A stretch of DNA of 64,000 nt from an uncultured Candidatus Saccharibacteria bacterium. GTDB lineage: Bacteria > Patescibacteriota > Minisyncoccia > UBA6257. The notes beneath the pieces were generated by a model, which had not been told where the DNA came from, did no database searches, and saw nothing but the letters and a program-made list of their open reading frames with translations. Each line of letters starts with the position of its first letter. Position 1 is the stretch's first letter. The stretch is taken from assembly GCA_964479005.1 (NCBI GenBank), contig CAYZJA010000001.1:192001-256000 (forward strand). Direction: 5' to 3'. Position numbers and translations under genes: made by a program. Shown one piece after another: positions 37,663 to 46,448 of this stretch.

Positions 37663-38004
37663 ATGTATTTATTGGATTTATTTAGAAAAAAGATTTTTCC
37701 TTTTTCTTCTATTTTCTCAAATTCTAGAGAAATAGAAAACAAGTACATAGTTTGTTTCTATCCAGAGACAATACAAAATCTCATGAGAATTAAATGGCTT
37801 TTAGAAAGATCTAAACCAGAAAGTAAAAAATGCTCCGAGAATAATAATGAATCCACGGCAGAACTTTTTAGAAAAGTTGTAGGTGTTGCATATACTATTC
37901 TATTTTATTCATCTAATGGATGCAAGGTAATAATAGAAAAAAGAAAGAAGAAGAATTCGAAAATTTGCTGGCGTAAATACTTCTCTATCTTAAAAAATAA
38001 TTAA
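37663..38004 (+). CDS. hypothetical protein (113 aa)
   Basis: SD AGGAGG upstream. Confidence 0.3.
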   Translation: MYLLDLFRKKIFPFSSIFSNSREIENKYIVCFYPETIQNLMRIKWLLERSKPESKKCSENNNESTAELFRKVVGVAYTILFYSSNGCKVIIEKRKKKNSKICWRKYFSILKNN

Positions 38005-38040
38005 TAAGAAATAAATTTTACTTAGATTAGAAGTTTAAAA

Positions 38041-38075
38041 GGGCACTTTAGTTGCCCTTTTTCATTTTTTTATTT
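38041..38075. terminator. intrinsic terminator GGGCA-ctttagt-TGCCC plus T-run
   Basis: AAAAGGGCACTTTAGTTGCCCTTTTTCATTTTTTT. Confidence 0.6.
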
Positions 38076-38171
38076 TAATCTTTTTTACTTTTTTTACTTT
38101 TCGAATTCTAAACGAAGACGGCGTCCGATAAGCTGTTTTATGAGGCTTAAACTGTCTCGCCCAATTTTTCA

Positions 38172-38666
38172 TTAATTCTTTATCCGTTTATTCCAATAGG
38201 CTCGAATTATTTTTCTTGTTCCATTATAAGTCCAATGATGAATCACGGGAAAATTATGATAAGCCCAAATACTTACGGCTTTTTCATAGCCAATATAAAA
38301 TCCAATATGATAATGTTTTTCGCGTTTTTTTACCTGTTTATCAGCAAGTAATTTTCTTTCCCAAATTAAAACACTGCCTTTAGGCATCTTAGGGGAAGTA
38401 GAAATTTTTTCCCAACCTGATTTTTTTAAATCTTTTTCTGTGCCATTTACAGTAAGATGAAGACCTTCAATAAGATCAAAAAGCTTTAAAATAGAGCTGG
38501 CAAAAAAAGCGCATGAAGCTAAGCCATTATGAACAATATCCTTTCTTTTTCCGTTTACCAAAGCATAATAATTACTCCAAATTACTGATCCGCAAGAATT
38601 CTCTACTATCGCTAAATAGGTATCTTTCAAAAGTGTTTTTACTGAAAGTTTTTTAGTTTTAGACAT
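38172..38666 (-). CDS. NlpC/P60-like (papain-fold Cys-His-His) putative peptidoglycan hydrolase
   Basis: Candidate catalytic Cys in NGLASCAFFASSIL; His in HIGFYIG and AYHN. Confidence 0.4.
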   Translation of the reverse strand: MSKTKKLSVKTLLKDTYLAIVENSCGSVIWSNYYALVNGKRKDIVHNGLASCAFFASSILKLFDLIEGLHLTVNGTEKDLKKSGWEKISTSPKMPKGSVLIWERKLLADKQVKKREKHYHIGFYIGYEKAVSIWAYHNFPVIHHWTYNGTRKIIRAYWNKRIKN

Positions 38667-38692
38667 GATTTTAATCTATTATATTGTATTTA

Positions 38693-39235
38693 TTATATCA
38701 TAGAAAATTCACACCCGCAGTATCTTTGACGATAAAGGTGATATTTTTTGGAAAGTTTTAAGCCAAGCCCGTATGCTTTATTAAAATCTATATCAAACCT
38801 TTTATATTTAATTTTATATTTATTTGCTAAAGATTTGCCATATTTATTAATAAATTCTGTATTTTTAAAGCGATTTACGTTTAAAGTAGTAGTAAATTCA
38901 TCAAAATTATTTTTTTTGGCAAATTTAACGGTTTCTTCCAAACGAAAACGAAAACAACTTAGACACCTTTCGCTGTTTTCTGAATAAAATTCAGGCAATT
39001 GAGGCAATGATTTTTTAACATAATCTAACCACTTACTGTGTTCATATCCTCCTATAATCAATTTTAACCTATAAATTTCAGATATTTTTTCCACATCTTT
39101 TAATCTTTTTTCATATTCTCCTTGAGGATAAATATTAGGATTATAAAAATACAAAGTAATATCTTTTACTTTTTCTCTTAATAAATATTCAATTATTGGC
39201 AATGCGCACACAGCGCAACAAGTATGAAGAAGCAT
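38693..39235 (-). CDS. queH: epoxyqueuosine reductase QueH (DUF208)
   Basis: MLLHTCCAVCA N-terminal motif and C-terminal CGCEFS; adjacent to tgt/queA. Confidence 0.7.
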   Translation of the reverse strand: MLLHTCCAVCALPIIEYLLREKVKDITLYFYNPNIYPQGEYEKRLKDVEKISEIYRLKLIIGGYEHSKWLDYVKKSLPQLPEFYSENSERCLSCFRFRLEETVKFAKKNNFDEFTTTLNVNRFKNTEFINKYGKSLANKYKIKYKRFDIDFNKAYGLGLKLSKKYHLYRQRYCGCEFSMI

Positions 39236-39359
39236 AAAATCAAATTAACAATTAACACAGAACAATTAATAATTAATTAAGCAATAATAAGGCGAGAAGA
39301 TGTTGTTGAAAAAACGATAACGATTAGCGTGTTTTTGAGATAATATCTTCTCGCCTTTA

Positions 39360-40481
39360 CTATCTATTTGCCATCCGTAATGTTTCTATTAGTCTCATCA
39401 TAAATCTTAAATTATGAATACTTGCTAAACGCAAATAAAGAGACTCTTTAACTGAATATAAGTGATGAAGGTAGGCTCTGGAAAAATTTTGACAAGTATA
39501 ACAATCACAGTTTTTATCAATAGGATTGTTATCATTCTCAAAGCGGTTGTTAGATATTCTTAAACATCCTTTTTCAAATTCTGACTCAAAACTATAGAGA
39601 GAACCATGCCGAGCTGTTCTTGTTGGTGCAACACAATCAAACATATCAACTCCCCTTTTTACAACTTCGATTATATCATAAGGTGAAGCGCCTAATCCCA
39701 TAGTATAGCGAGGTTTATTTTCTGGTAAAAAATCCTGCAAATAATCTAAAATCTCTAATGTTTTTGGCATATTATAACCAATTGTTTCTCCACCTAATGC
39801 GATTCCATCAAAAGGAAGACTGGTAATAAACTTGGTTGATTCTTTTCTTAAATCTTCAAAAATTCCTCCTTGAATAATTCCGAAAATCAAAGGCGGTTTT
39901 TGTCCTAAGCTTATACATTTTTTACTAAGTTCTTGATGTTTTTTTAATGACCTTTCTGCCCAGCGATGAGTTCTTTCCATTGATTTTTTCGCGTATTCTT
40001 TGTTATCAGAATCAGGACTGCATTCATCAAAAGCCATAATAATATCACAACCTAATTTATGTTGAATTTCTATTGATTTTTCAGGTGTAATTAGATGTTT
40101 TGACCCGTCAATTGGGGATGAAAATTCTACACCATTTTCACTGATTTTAGCTAACTTCTGCCCTTCTTTTGCTCTATTTTTAGCAAAGCTCCATACTTGA
40201 AACCCTCCAGAATCGCTCAGAATAGGCCCAGACCAGCCCATAAATCGATGAATGCCTCCTTGAGCATTAATTAGATCTTCCCCTGGCTGTAAGTGTAAAT
40301 GAAGCGTATTAACCAAGAGTATCTCTATACCAATTTTACTTAAATCATCAGGCCCAACTGCTTTAACAGTTGCTTGAGTTCCAGGCGGCATAAAAATTGG
40401 TGTTTTTACAATATCATGATTTGTTGATATTTCGCCCAAACGAGCTCTATCAACCTTAGATTTTTTAATAATTTTAAACAT
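39360..40481 (-). CDS. tgt: queuine tRNA-ribosyltransferase
   Basis: FMPPGTQATVK, DSGGFQV, zinc site CDCYTCQ...H. Confidence 0.85.
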   Translation of the reverse strand: MFKIIKKSKVDRARLGEISTNHDIVKTPIFMPPGTQATVKAVGPDDLSKIGIEILLVNTLHLHLQPGEDLINAQGGIHRFMGWSGPILSDSGGFQVWSFAKNRAKEGQKLAKISENGVEFSSPIDGSKHLITPEKSIEIQHKLGCDIIMAFDECSPDSDNKEYAKKSMERTHRWAERSLKKHQELSKKCISLGQKPPLIFGIIQGGIFEDLRKESTKFITSLPFDGIALGGETIGYNMPKTLEILDYLQDFLPENKPRYTMGLGASPYDIIEVVKRGVDMFDCVAPTRTARHGSLYSFESEFEKGCLRISNNRFENDNNPIDKNCDCYTCQNFSRAYLHHLYSVKESLYLRLASIHNLRFMMRLIETLRMANR

Positions 40482-40483
40482 AA

Positions 40484-41569
40484 TTATACGATAAACATTG
40501 CGTCTCCAAACGAGAAGAATCTATATTTTTTTACAATAGCTTCTTGATAAACTTTTAAAATTAAATCTCTATCAGCAACCACGTTAAACGTGGTATCAGT
40601 CGCGTTAAACGCGACAAAAGCGGAAACCAACATTAATAAAGTGGACTTAGGAAGGTGAAAATTCGTAATCAAAGAGTCAACAAACTTAAATTTATATCCA
40701 GGATAAATAAATAAATTTGTTTGATCTCGTTTCGGTTTTAATTCTAAGCTTTCATCTACACAACTTTCTAAAACACGAGCTGCAGTAGTTCCAACAGCAA
40801 TAATCCTCTTGCCCTCTGATTTTGACTTATTAAGTATTTTAGCAGTATCTTTAGAAAGTTCAAAAAATTCAGAATGCATTTGATGTTTTGTAATGTCTTG
40901 CGATTTTACTGATAAAAAAGTTCCCAATCCTATATGTAAAGTAATAAATTGCATATCAATCCCCTTTTCTTCAATTTTTTTTAAAAGGTTTTTTGTAAAA
41001 TGAAACCCTGCAGTAGGAGCGGCAATTGAGCCTTCTTTTTCTGCATAAATTGTTTGATACTCTAAAAATGATCTTTCAGTAGGCTCGGTAATATAAGGCG
41101 GTAAGGGAAATTGCCCTAAAGATAAAGCCTCCTGTTTTAAATCCTCACCTTCCATATTAAAACATATGATTCTTTCATAATTTAAAACCTCTTTTATCTC
41201 CCCCTTTAATAATTTACTAAATTCAATAATTTGCCCTTGTTTTAATTGAGGTTTCCCAATAATTACCCATCGTTTAGGCCATGAGATAAAATCAAAAATT
41301 TCTTTATTCTCAGGCCGAATAAGAAGAATTTCCGCTTTTCCATGGCTTGGAATTTTCTTTCCATATAAACGTGCTGGTACTACTTTACTATTATTAAATA
41401 CTAAAACATCATTATCAGACAAATAATCTAATATCTCATAGAATTTTCTATGTTCTATTTTTTTACTTTTTCTATCTAATATTAAAAGACGCGAGTGATC
41501 TCGCGGCTCTATTGGTTCCTGAGCAATAAGCTCTTTTGGTAAATGATAATCAAAAAGCGAAATATCCAT
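40484..41569 (-). CDS. queA: S-adenosylmethionine:tRNA ribosyltransferase-isomerase
   Basis: MDISLFDYHLPKELIAQEPIEPRDHSRLLIL. Confidence 0.85.
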   Translation of the reverse strand: MDISLFDYHLPKELIAQEPIEPRDHSRLLILDRKSKKIEHRKFYEILDYLSDNDVLVFNNSKVVPARLYGKKIPSHGKAEILLIRPENKEIFDFISWPKRWVIIGKPQLKQGQIIEFSKLLKGEIKEVLNYERIICFNMEGEDLKQEALSLGQFPLPPYITEPTERSFLEYQTIYAEKEGSIAAPTAGFHFTKNLLKKIEEKGIDMQFITLHIGLGTFLSVKSQDITKHQMHSEFFELSKDTAKILNKSKSEGKRIIAVGTTAARVLESCVDESLELKPKRDQTNLFIYPGYKFKFVDSLITNFHLPKSTLLMLVSAFVAFNATDTTFNVVADRDLILKVYQEAIVKKYRFFSFGDAMFIV

Positions 41570-41575
41570 AAAAAA

Positions 41576-42118
41576 TCACTCTTTACAACAATCCATTATA
41601 CTTTTAATAATACCGCCTAATTTGTCAAAAACATTAAATTTTTTCCCTTTTGCTATTTCAATATTATTAGTTTCTTCCTCATTTCGTTGTCTAATATCCT
41701 TTACATCTATCAAATTTAAATTTAATCCCCAAAATATATCCCAAAGCGCATAAGCCTTATCAAATAAATCTCTTGCCTCTTTTTCTTCTTTGTTTCCCAG
41801 TTTTTTAGTTCCTACTTCCATTAGCCGCATACTTGCAGATAATAGATGCTTTGAAATACACCAAATTTCTCCATCAGGATTTTTAACAATCTTTGCTAAT
41901 AGCTCTTTTCGAGAATCCCTTGTTTTATTAAGCAAGTCTAAATACTTTTTGTCTTTGGTTTTTTCATAAGTAAAAAAGAAATGTTCTTCCATGGAAATTA
42001 AATTCATAACAGCAATACCTAAATCTTCCTTAGATGATAAATCCAAAGCATTCCCTTCTTCTTTTAATTTCTTTATTTTATTAAATAAGTCTGCGACTTT
42101 TTGTTCTTCAATATTCAT
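41576..42118 (-). CDS. hypothetical protein (180 aa)
   Basis: ORF only. Confidence 0.3.
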   Translation of the reverse strand: MNIEEQKVADLFNKIKKLKEEGNALDLSSKEDLGIAVMNLISMEEHFFFTYEKTKDKKYLDLLNKTRDSRKELLAKIVKNPDGEIWCISKHLLSASMRLMEVGTKKLGNKEEKEARDLFDKAYALWDIFWGLNLNLIDVKDIRQRNEEETNNIEIAKGKKFNVFDKLGGIIKSIMDCCKE

Positions 42119-42143
42119 AATTTTTAATAATTAAATGCTTTAA

Positions 42144-42578
42144 TCAACACATTGCTTCTATAATCATACTCACAATAATTAAACCAATAATCGGGATGAT
42201 GACCTTTTGATAATAAAAATAAACCTTTTTATTGTGTTTATCGATTACAAAAAGATTTGCTTTATCTACGAGAAAAAGAGTTAATGCTCCCAAAACTGAA
42301 CCACAAATTATACGAGGAAGTCCACAAATATTACAAACAGGATCTTGGGTTAAAGTTTTTAAAATTGGCAAAAATGACAAAAGATATGTTGCTATAAAAA
42401 TAACCCAAAAACTATATGGAAAACTTTTACCTTTTTTGCTTAAAAATATATTAAATTGGATTGAAAAAGATAAAATAAGCGCTCCAATCCATAATCCTAA
42501 AGTTATATCATCTATACCAAGCCAGCGAGAAATTCCTAATCCACTAGCGATACCTATGGCACATATTGGTCCACACAT
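42144..42578 (-). CDS. Cys-rich integral membrane protein (possible thiol-disulfide oxidoreductase, DsbB/VKOR-like?)
   Basis: 4 TM; cysteine pairs MCGPIC and CNICGLPRIICG; adjacent to trxB. Confidence 0.3.
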   Translation of the reverse strand: MCGPICAIGIASGLGISRWLGIDDITLGLWIGALILSFSIQFNIFLSKKGKSFPYSFWVIFIATYLLSFLPILKTLTQDPVCNICGLPRIICGSVLGALTLFLVDKANLFVIDKHNKKVYFYYQKVIIPIIGLIIVSMIIEAMC

Positions 42579-42636
42579 ACTACTATAATTTTTAATTTAC
42601 AATTTTTAATTTTAAAACCCTAAAGAGTATTTTATA

Positions 42637-43560
42637 TCATTTTTGCAGTTTTCTCAACCATTTATCAGCATCCAAAAGAGCCATTGCGCCCAAACCAGCA
42701 GCAGTAATTGCTTGTTTATACTTAGTATCGCAAACATCTCCTGCGGCAAATATCCCATCAACAGAAGTTTTTGTATTCTCCTTTACTTTGATATAACTAT
42801 TATTATCTAAATCAAGCTGATTTTGGAAAATATCAGTTGATGGTTTATAACCAATTGATACAAATAATCCATCTAATTCTAAAAATCTTTTTTCTTTTGT
42901 ATTTACATCCTTTATATAAACTCCTTCTAAAGAATCTTTTCCTTTAATTTCTGAAATAACAGTATTCCAAATAAATTCTATTTTTGGATTATTAAAAACT
43001 TCCTCTTGCAATTTTTTAGACGCCCTTGATTCATTTCTACGATGAATAATAAAAAGTTTTTTTGCATATTTAGTTAAAACAATAGCATTTTCCATAGCGC
43101 TATCGCCTCCTCCTACAACACCTACGATTTTATCTTTAAAGAAAAAACCATCACATACAGCGCAAGCAGAAACACCATGGCTAATTAATTCTTGCTCATT
43201 TTTTAAACCAAGCCATTTAGTAGAAGCTCCAGTAGCTACAATTACAGCTTTTGCCAAATATTCTTCATTGTCTGTTTTTATAACAAAAGGCTTTTTTTGA
43301 AAATCTACAGAAACCACATTCTTTTCTATCATTTCTACACCAAATTTTTTAACTTGTTCAATTATTTTTTTAATAAGTTCTGGGCCTGTCATTTTTTCAG
43401 GAAAACCGGGAAAATCATCAATTTGTTCGCTAAGCATTAATTGCCCTCCCAAAGGTAAACCAGTGAATAATAATGTTTTGAGTTTTGCTCTGCCAGCGTA
43501 AATTCCTGCTGTTAAACCAGCTGGACCACTGCCAATAATGATAATATCTTTAATATCCAT
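42637..43560 (-). CDS. trxB: thioredoxin-disulfide reductase
   Basis: GSGPAGLTAGIYAGRA (FAD), CAVCDG redox centre, GGGDSA (NADPH). Confidence 0.85.
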   Translation of the reverse strand: MDIKDIIIIGSGPAGLTAGIYAGRAKLKTLLFTGLPLGGQLMLSEQIDDFPGFPEKMTGPELIKKIIEQVKKFGVEMIEKNVVSVDFQKKPFVIKTDNEEYLAKAVIVATGASTKWLGLKNEQELISHGVSACAVCDGFFFKDKIVGVVGGGDSAMENAIVLTKYAKKLFIIHRRNESRASKKLQEEVFNNPKIEFIWNTVISEIKGKDSLEGVYIKDVNTKEKRFLELDGLFVSIGYKPSTDIFQNQLDLDNNSYIKVKENTKTSVDGIFAAGDVCDTKYKQAITAAGLGAMALLDADKWLRKLQK

Positions 43561-43604
43561 AATTCTTTTATTTTAGCACTTTTAAGCTAAAAATAACAAC
43601 TTTT

Positions 43605-43633
43605 CGCTTCGCCACGTCAAACGTGGCTTCGCT
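43605..43633. repeat. palindromic 29-nt motif CGCTTCG-CCACGTCAAACGTGG-CTTCGCT (copy A)
   Basis: Perfect inverted repeat CCACGT-caa-ACGTGG flanked by direct GCTTCG; reverse-complement copy at 53478-53510. Confidence 0.6.
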
Positions 43634-43674
43634 CAAGAACGTTGTTTTCTCATTTTATTCGAAAATAAAAGAAA

Positions 43675-43702
43675 AACAGGTATCAAAGACACCTGTTTTT
43701 CT
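43675..43702. terminator. orphan intrinsic terminator hairpin between the divergent trxB and murD
   Basis: AACAGGT-atcaaagac-ACCTGTT plus TTTTT; neither flanking gene is transcribed toward it. Confidence 0.5.
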
Positions 43703-43741
43703 GGTGATCCCCTCCTGCAAGCAGGAAGGGAAGCCCCACCG

Positions 43742-43769
43742 TTGACGACCTTGCGATCGTCAGCATAAT
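43742..43769 (+). promoter_or_regulatory. candidate murD promoter TTGACG-16-CATAAT
   Basis: TTGACG 43742-47, CATAAT 43764-69. Confidence 0.45.
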
Positions 43770-43850
43770 TATAACAAATAAAAAAGCAAAAATCAACCCC
43801 AGCATGAAAATTGGCAATAGAAATTTTTGAATGTTAAAATAACTATTATG

Positions 43851-45284
43851 CAAGAAATCAATAAATTTATTAAAGACAAAAAAGTACTAGTAGTAGGATT
43901 AGGAATATTGGGCGGAGGCGTATCTACTTGCTTATGGCTTTTAAAACACAAGGCTAAACTTACTATTACGGATTTAAAACAGAAAAAGGATTTAGAAAAG
44001 TCGCTGAAAAGATTAAAGAGATATTCTGCTAAAATAAAATTAGTACTAGGCAAACATAATAAAAATGATTTTAGTGACAATGATATTATGGTTATAAACC
44101 AAAGCGTGCCAATAAGAAATAATCCGTATCTTAAAATTGCTAATCGAGCAAATAAATTAATAGAAAATGAAATGAGTTTATTCTTTAAATTTAATAAGAA
44201 TCCAGTTGTAGCAATAACTGGCAGTTGGGGAAAAACCACAACGACTAATTGGGTAGGTCATCTTTTGCGCGGAAAATATAATGATGTTGTTGCTGGTGGA
44301 AATACGCCAGATAATCCAGTTCTTTCATTCTTAGATAAATTAAAAGCCGATAACCCAATAGTTTTAGAACTGCCCAGTTATTCATTAGAATTAGTAAAAC
44401 TAAAATACAAAGCGCCCAAAATAGCCATCATCACTAATTTATATAGAGATCATTTAGATCGCCATGGTACTATAAAAAATTATGCCAAGGCAAAATCTCG
44501 TATTTTTCAAAATCAAAAAGATACTGATTATTTAATTCTAAGTTATAACAACAAATGGACTAAATTCTTTCTTTCTTTAAAGCCGCAAAGCCAAGTCTAT
44601 TTTATTTCGCATAATCCCCTGCCTAAAAGTAAGAATGGAATTTTTTACAAAAAAGATAAAATTTATTATCAGAAATATCAAAAGAAAAGATTAATATTCA
44701 ACGCAAGTAAATTTGCAAAGTATTGGGGAGAACATAATGTAGACAATTTAATGACTGCTATATTAGCTTCTAAGTTATTCGGTTTAACTTTTGCTCAAAT
44801 TAAAAAACAAATTGTCTCATTACCTGAAATCAAATTTCGCCAAGAAATAATTTTTCAAAACAAAAAACTGCTTGTTATTAATGATAGTAGCGCTACATCG
44901 CCAGACGCTACTATTGCCGCTCTAAAAAGATTTAAGCAACGTAAAAATAGCAATTTTGTTCTAATCACCGGAGGAACAGATAAAGATTTAGAATATAATG
45001 AATTAGCTAAAGAGATAAAAAGGACTATGCTTCCTAAAAATTTAGTTATTCTTAATGGTTCGGCAAGTAAAAAATTAGTAAAAGCATTAAATAAAATAAA
45101 ATACTCTAATCAATACTTCGTTTTTGAATCTTTAAAAGAGTGTTTTTATTATAGTCTCTATCAGAGAAAACAAAAGAAAAGAAACATCATTCTCTTTTCT
45201 CCTGCCGCAGCAAGTTTTGAAAAGTTTAAAAACGAATTTGACCGTGCTGAACAATTTAACAAATTAATCAAAAGATTAAAATAA
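43851..45284 (+). CDS. murD: UDP-N-acetylmuramoylalanine--D-glutamate ligase
   Basis: VVGLGILGGGVS (Rossmann), GSWGKTTTT (P-loop); the start may be ATG 43827 or 43851. Confidence 0.8.
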   Translation, partial: QEINKFIKDKKVLVVGLGILGGGVSTCLWLLKHKAKLTITDLKQKKDLEKSLKRLKRYSAKIKLVLGKHNKNDFSDNDIMVINQSVPIRNNPYLKIANRANKLIENEMSLFFKFNKNPVVAITGSWGKTTTTNWVGHLLRGKYNDVVAGGNTPDNPVLSFLDKLKADNPIVLELPSYSLELVKLKYKAPKIAIITNLYRDHLDRHGTIKNYAKAKSRIFQNQKDTDYLILSYNNKWTKFFLSLKPQSQVYFISHNPLPKSKNGIFYKKDKIYYQKYQKKRLIFNASKFAKYWGEHNVDNLMTAILASKLFGLTFAQIKKQIVSLPEIKFRQEIIFQNKKLLVINDSSATSPDATIAALKRFKQRKNSNFVLITGGTDKDLEYNELAKEIKRTMLPKNLVILNGSASKKLVKALNKIKYSNQYFVFESLKECFYYSLYQRKQKKRNIILFSPAAASFEKFKNEFDRAEQFNKLIKRLK

Positions 45285-45293
45285 TAAAAAATA

Positions 45294-45322
45294 AAAGGGA
45301 GGTTGGTTCCTCCCTTTTTTTA
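45294..45322. terminator. bidirectional intrinsic terminator GGGAGG-ttggtt-CCTCCC plus T7
   Basis: AAAAGGGAGGTTGGTTCCTCCCTTTTTTT. Confidence 0.65.
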
Positions 45323-45337
45323 ATTTGTTTCAACTCT

Positions 45338-45502
45338 TTAACTAAAGTTTGCGATTAGATTTGCAAAAAATATTATAGTGCAGACAACAACACAAAAAAT
45401 AAAGTATTGTTGAAAGAGATCTTCATGTCTTGGAAGTAGTACCAATATAATACCTATTGCCGCCATTGCTAAACATGTTATTTCTATAATATTCACAATC
45501 AT
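45338..45502 (-). CDS. small hydrophobic peptide (54 aa, 2 TM)
   Basis: Unlisted ORF MIVNIIEITCLAMAAIGIILVLLPRHEDLFQQYFIFCVVVCTIIFFANLIANFS; SD GGCGGTG. Confidence 0.4.
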   Translation of the reverse strand: MIVNIIEITCLAMAAIGIILVLLPRHEDLFQQYFIFCVVVCTIIFFANLIANFS

Positions 45503-45509
45503 CACCGCC

Positions 45510-45635
45510 TTATTTCCTTTTATTATTAAATAATCTTAAAAGAAGTGGAACGATTATAAATATTCCAATCGCATAGCAAGACATCCTAAACACAGCTTCA
45601 CCAGAAGTTAATTCTCCCATATCTTTCACCTCCAT
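45510..45635 (-). CDS. small hydrophobic peptide (41 aa, 1 TM)
   Basis: MEVKDMGELTSGEAVFRMSCYAIGIFIIVPLLLRLFNNKRK; its start overlaps the stop of the upstream peptide by 10 nt. Confidence 0.35.
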   Translation of the reverse strand: MEVKDMGELTSGEAVFRMSCYAIGIFIIVPLLLRLFNNKRK

Positions 45636-45727
45636 CTAATCTTCGCCCCGCCTGCAAGTAATGTCATTATAATAAAAAGTACTATCTTTTTTATTCCTAT
45701 CCAAACCACATTAAAAATCTTTTTCAT
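45626..45727 (-). CDS. small hydrophobic peptide (33 aa, 1 TM)
   Basis: MKKIFNVVWIGIKKIVLFIIMTLLAGGAKIRWR with a strong SD GAAAGGAGG. Confidence 0.4.
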   Translation of the reverse strand: MKKIFNVVWIGIKKIVLFIIMTLLAGGAKIRWR

Positions 45728-45768
45728 TTTCAGTCCTCCTTTCAGATTTTTCTATTTTCTCCTTTTTT

Positions 45769-46026
45769 CTACCATTTTGTCCACCTTTTTTTAATCAATC
45801 CAAACATTCCAATAATCAATCCCGAAATAAGTAAAGTTATAAAAACTTTTAGGCTAGTGGCAAAAAAGAATAATATAAAGATTGTAATTAATACAATTAA
45901 TATAATTTCGTTGCTTTTTACTCTTTTTTGATCTGCCACTATATCCATTACTGATTTACTTCTCAATTTATTCTTATCGCCTAAGTCGCTAAATGAAATT
46001 AAATTTTGCCATTTTATTCTTTTCAT
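45769..46026 (-). CDS. small membrane protein (85 aa, 2 TM)
   Basis: ORF; hydrophobic core IILIVLITIFILFFFATSLKVFITLLISGLIIGMFGLI. Confidence 0.45.
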   Translation of the reverse strand: MKRIKWQNLISFSDLGDKNKLRSKSVMDIVADQKRVKSNEIILIVLITIFILFFFATSLKVFITLLISGLIIGMFGLIKKRWTKW

Positions 46027-46032
46027 TTCTTC

Positions 46033-46392
46033 TCACTCTCCTTTTTTCTTTATTTTTATTTTTTCATCAATAGCTTTTCTTAAATGAGGTCTTATTATTT
46101 TATAGACATTATCCAAATCTAAACTATCAATTTTCACTATTTTTATATTGGAACAAAATTGTAGCGAAAATAAGTCTTTTACCTCTAACCAACCAGATGT
46201 CCTGGGACCATTTCTTGGTCCAAGCTCTTCTGTTTTACCCCTTTTACGATAAAGATAAGAAATTAAATCACAATTAAACAAATATGGAATCTGGCTATCT
46301 GTGTCAAGCTCAATTACAATAAGATTACAGACCATGCGCTTTCCATTCAATTTTCCATTGAATCGAATTACCCAATAAAATTTCATCATTTC
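46033..46392 (-). CDS. hypothetical soluble protein (about 119 aa), first gene of the small-peptide operon
   Basis: The ATG after SD GAAGGAG gives MMKFYWVIRFNGKLNGKR...; the ORF track extends it to 46425. Confidence 0.4.
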   Translation of the reverse strand, partial: EMMKFYWVIRFNGKLNGKRMVCNLIVIELDTDSQIPYLFNCDLISYLYRKRGKTEELGPRNGPRTSGWLEVKDLFSLQFCSNIKIVKIDSLDLDNVYKIIRPHLRKAIDEKIKIKKKGE

Positions 46393-46448
46393 TTTCTCCT
46401 TCTTTTTTTTATTTTTAATTGTCAAAGGACTGACGTTCTACCATCCTA

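Noticed and set aside
40578-40614. Two palindromes (ACCACGTTAAACGTGGT, TCGCGTTAAACGCGA) resembling the intergenic CCACGTCAAACGTGG motif but inside queA
   Set aside because: They coincide with a short peptide repeat (AFNATD / TFNVVAD) in the QueA C-terminus, so the DNA symmetry may be a by-product of coding. They are kept only as a possible third motif copy, not called as a regulatory site.
43675-43702. Interpreting the hairpin plus T-run between trxB and murD as the terminator of either flanking gene
   Set aside because: Both flanking genes are transcribed away from it (divergent), so it cannot terminate them. It was reinterpreted as the end of an independent small transcript (see findings).
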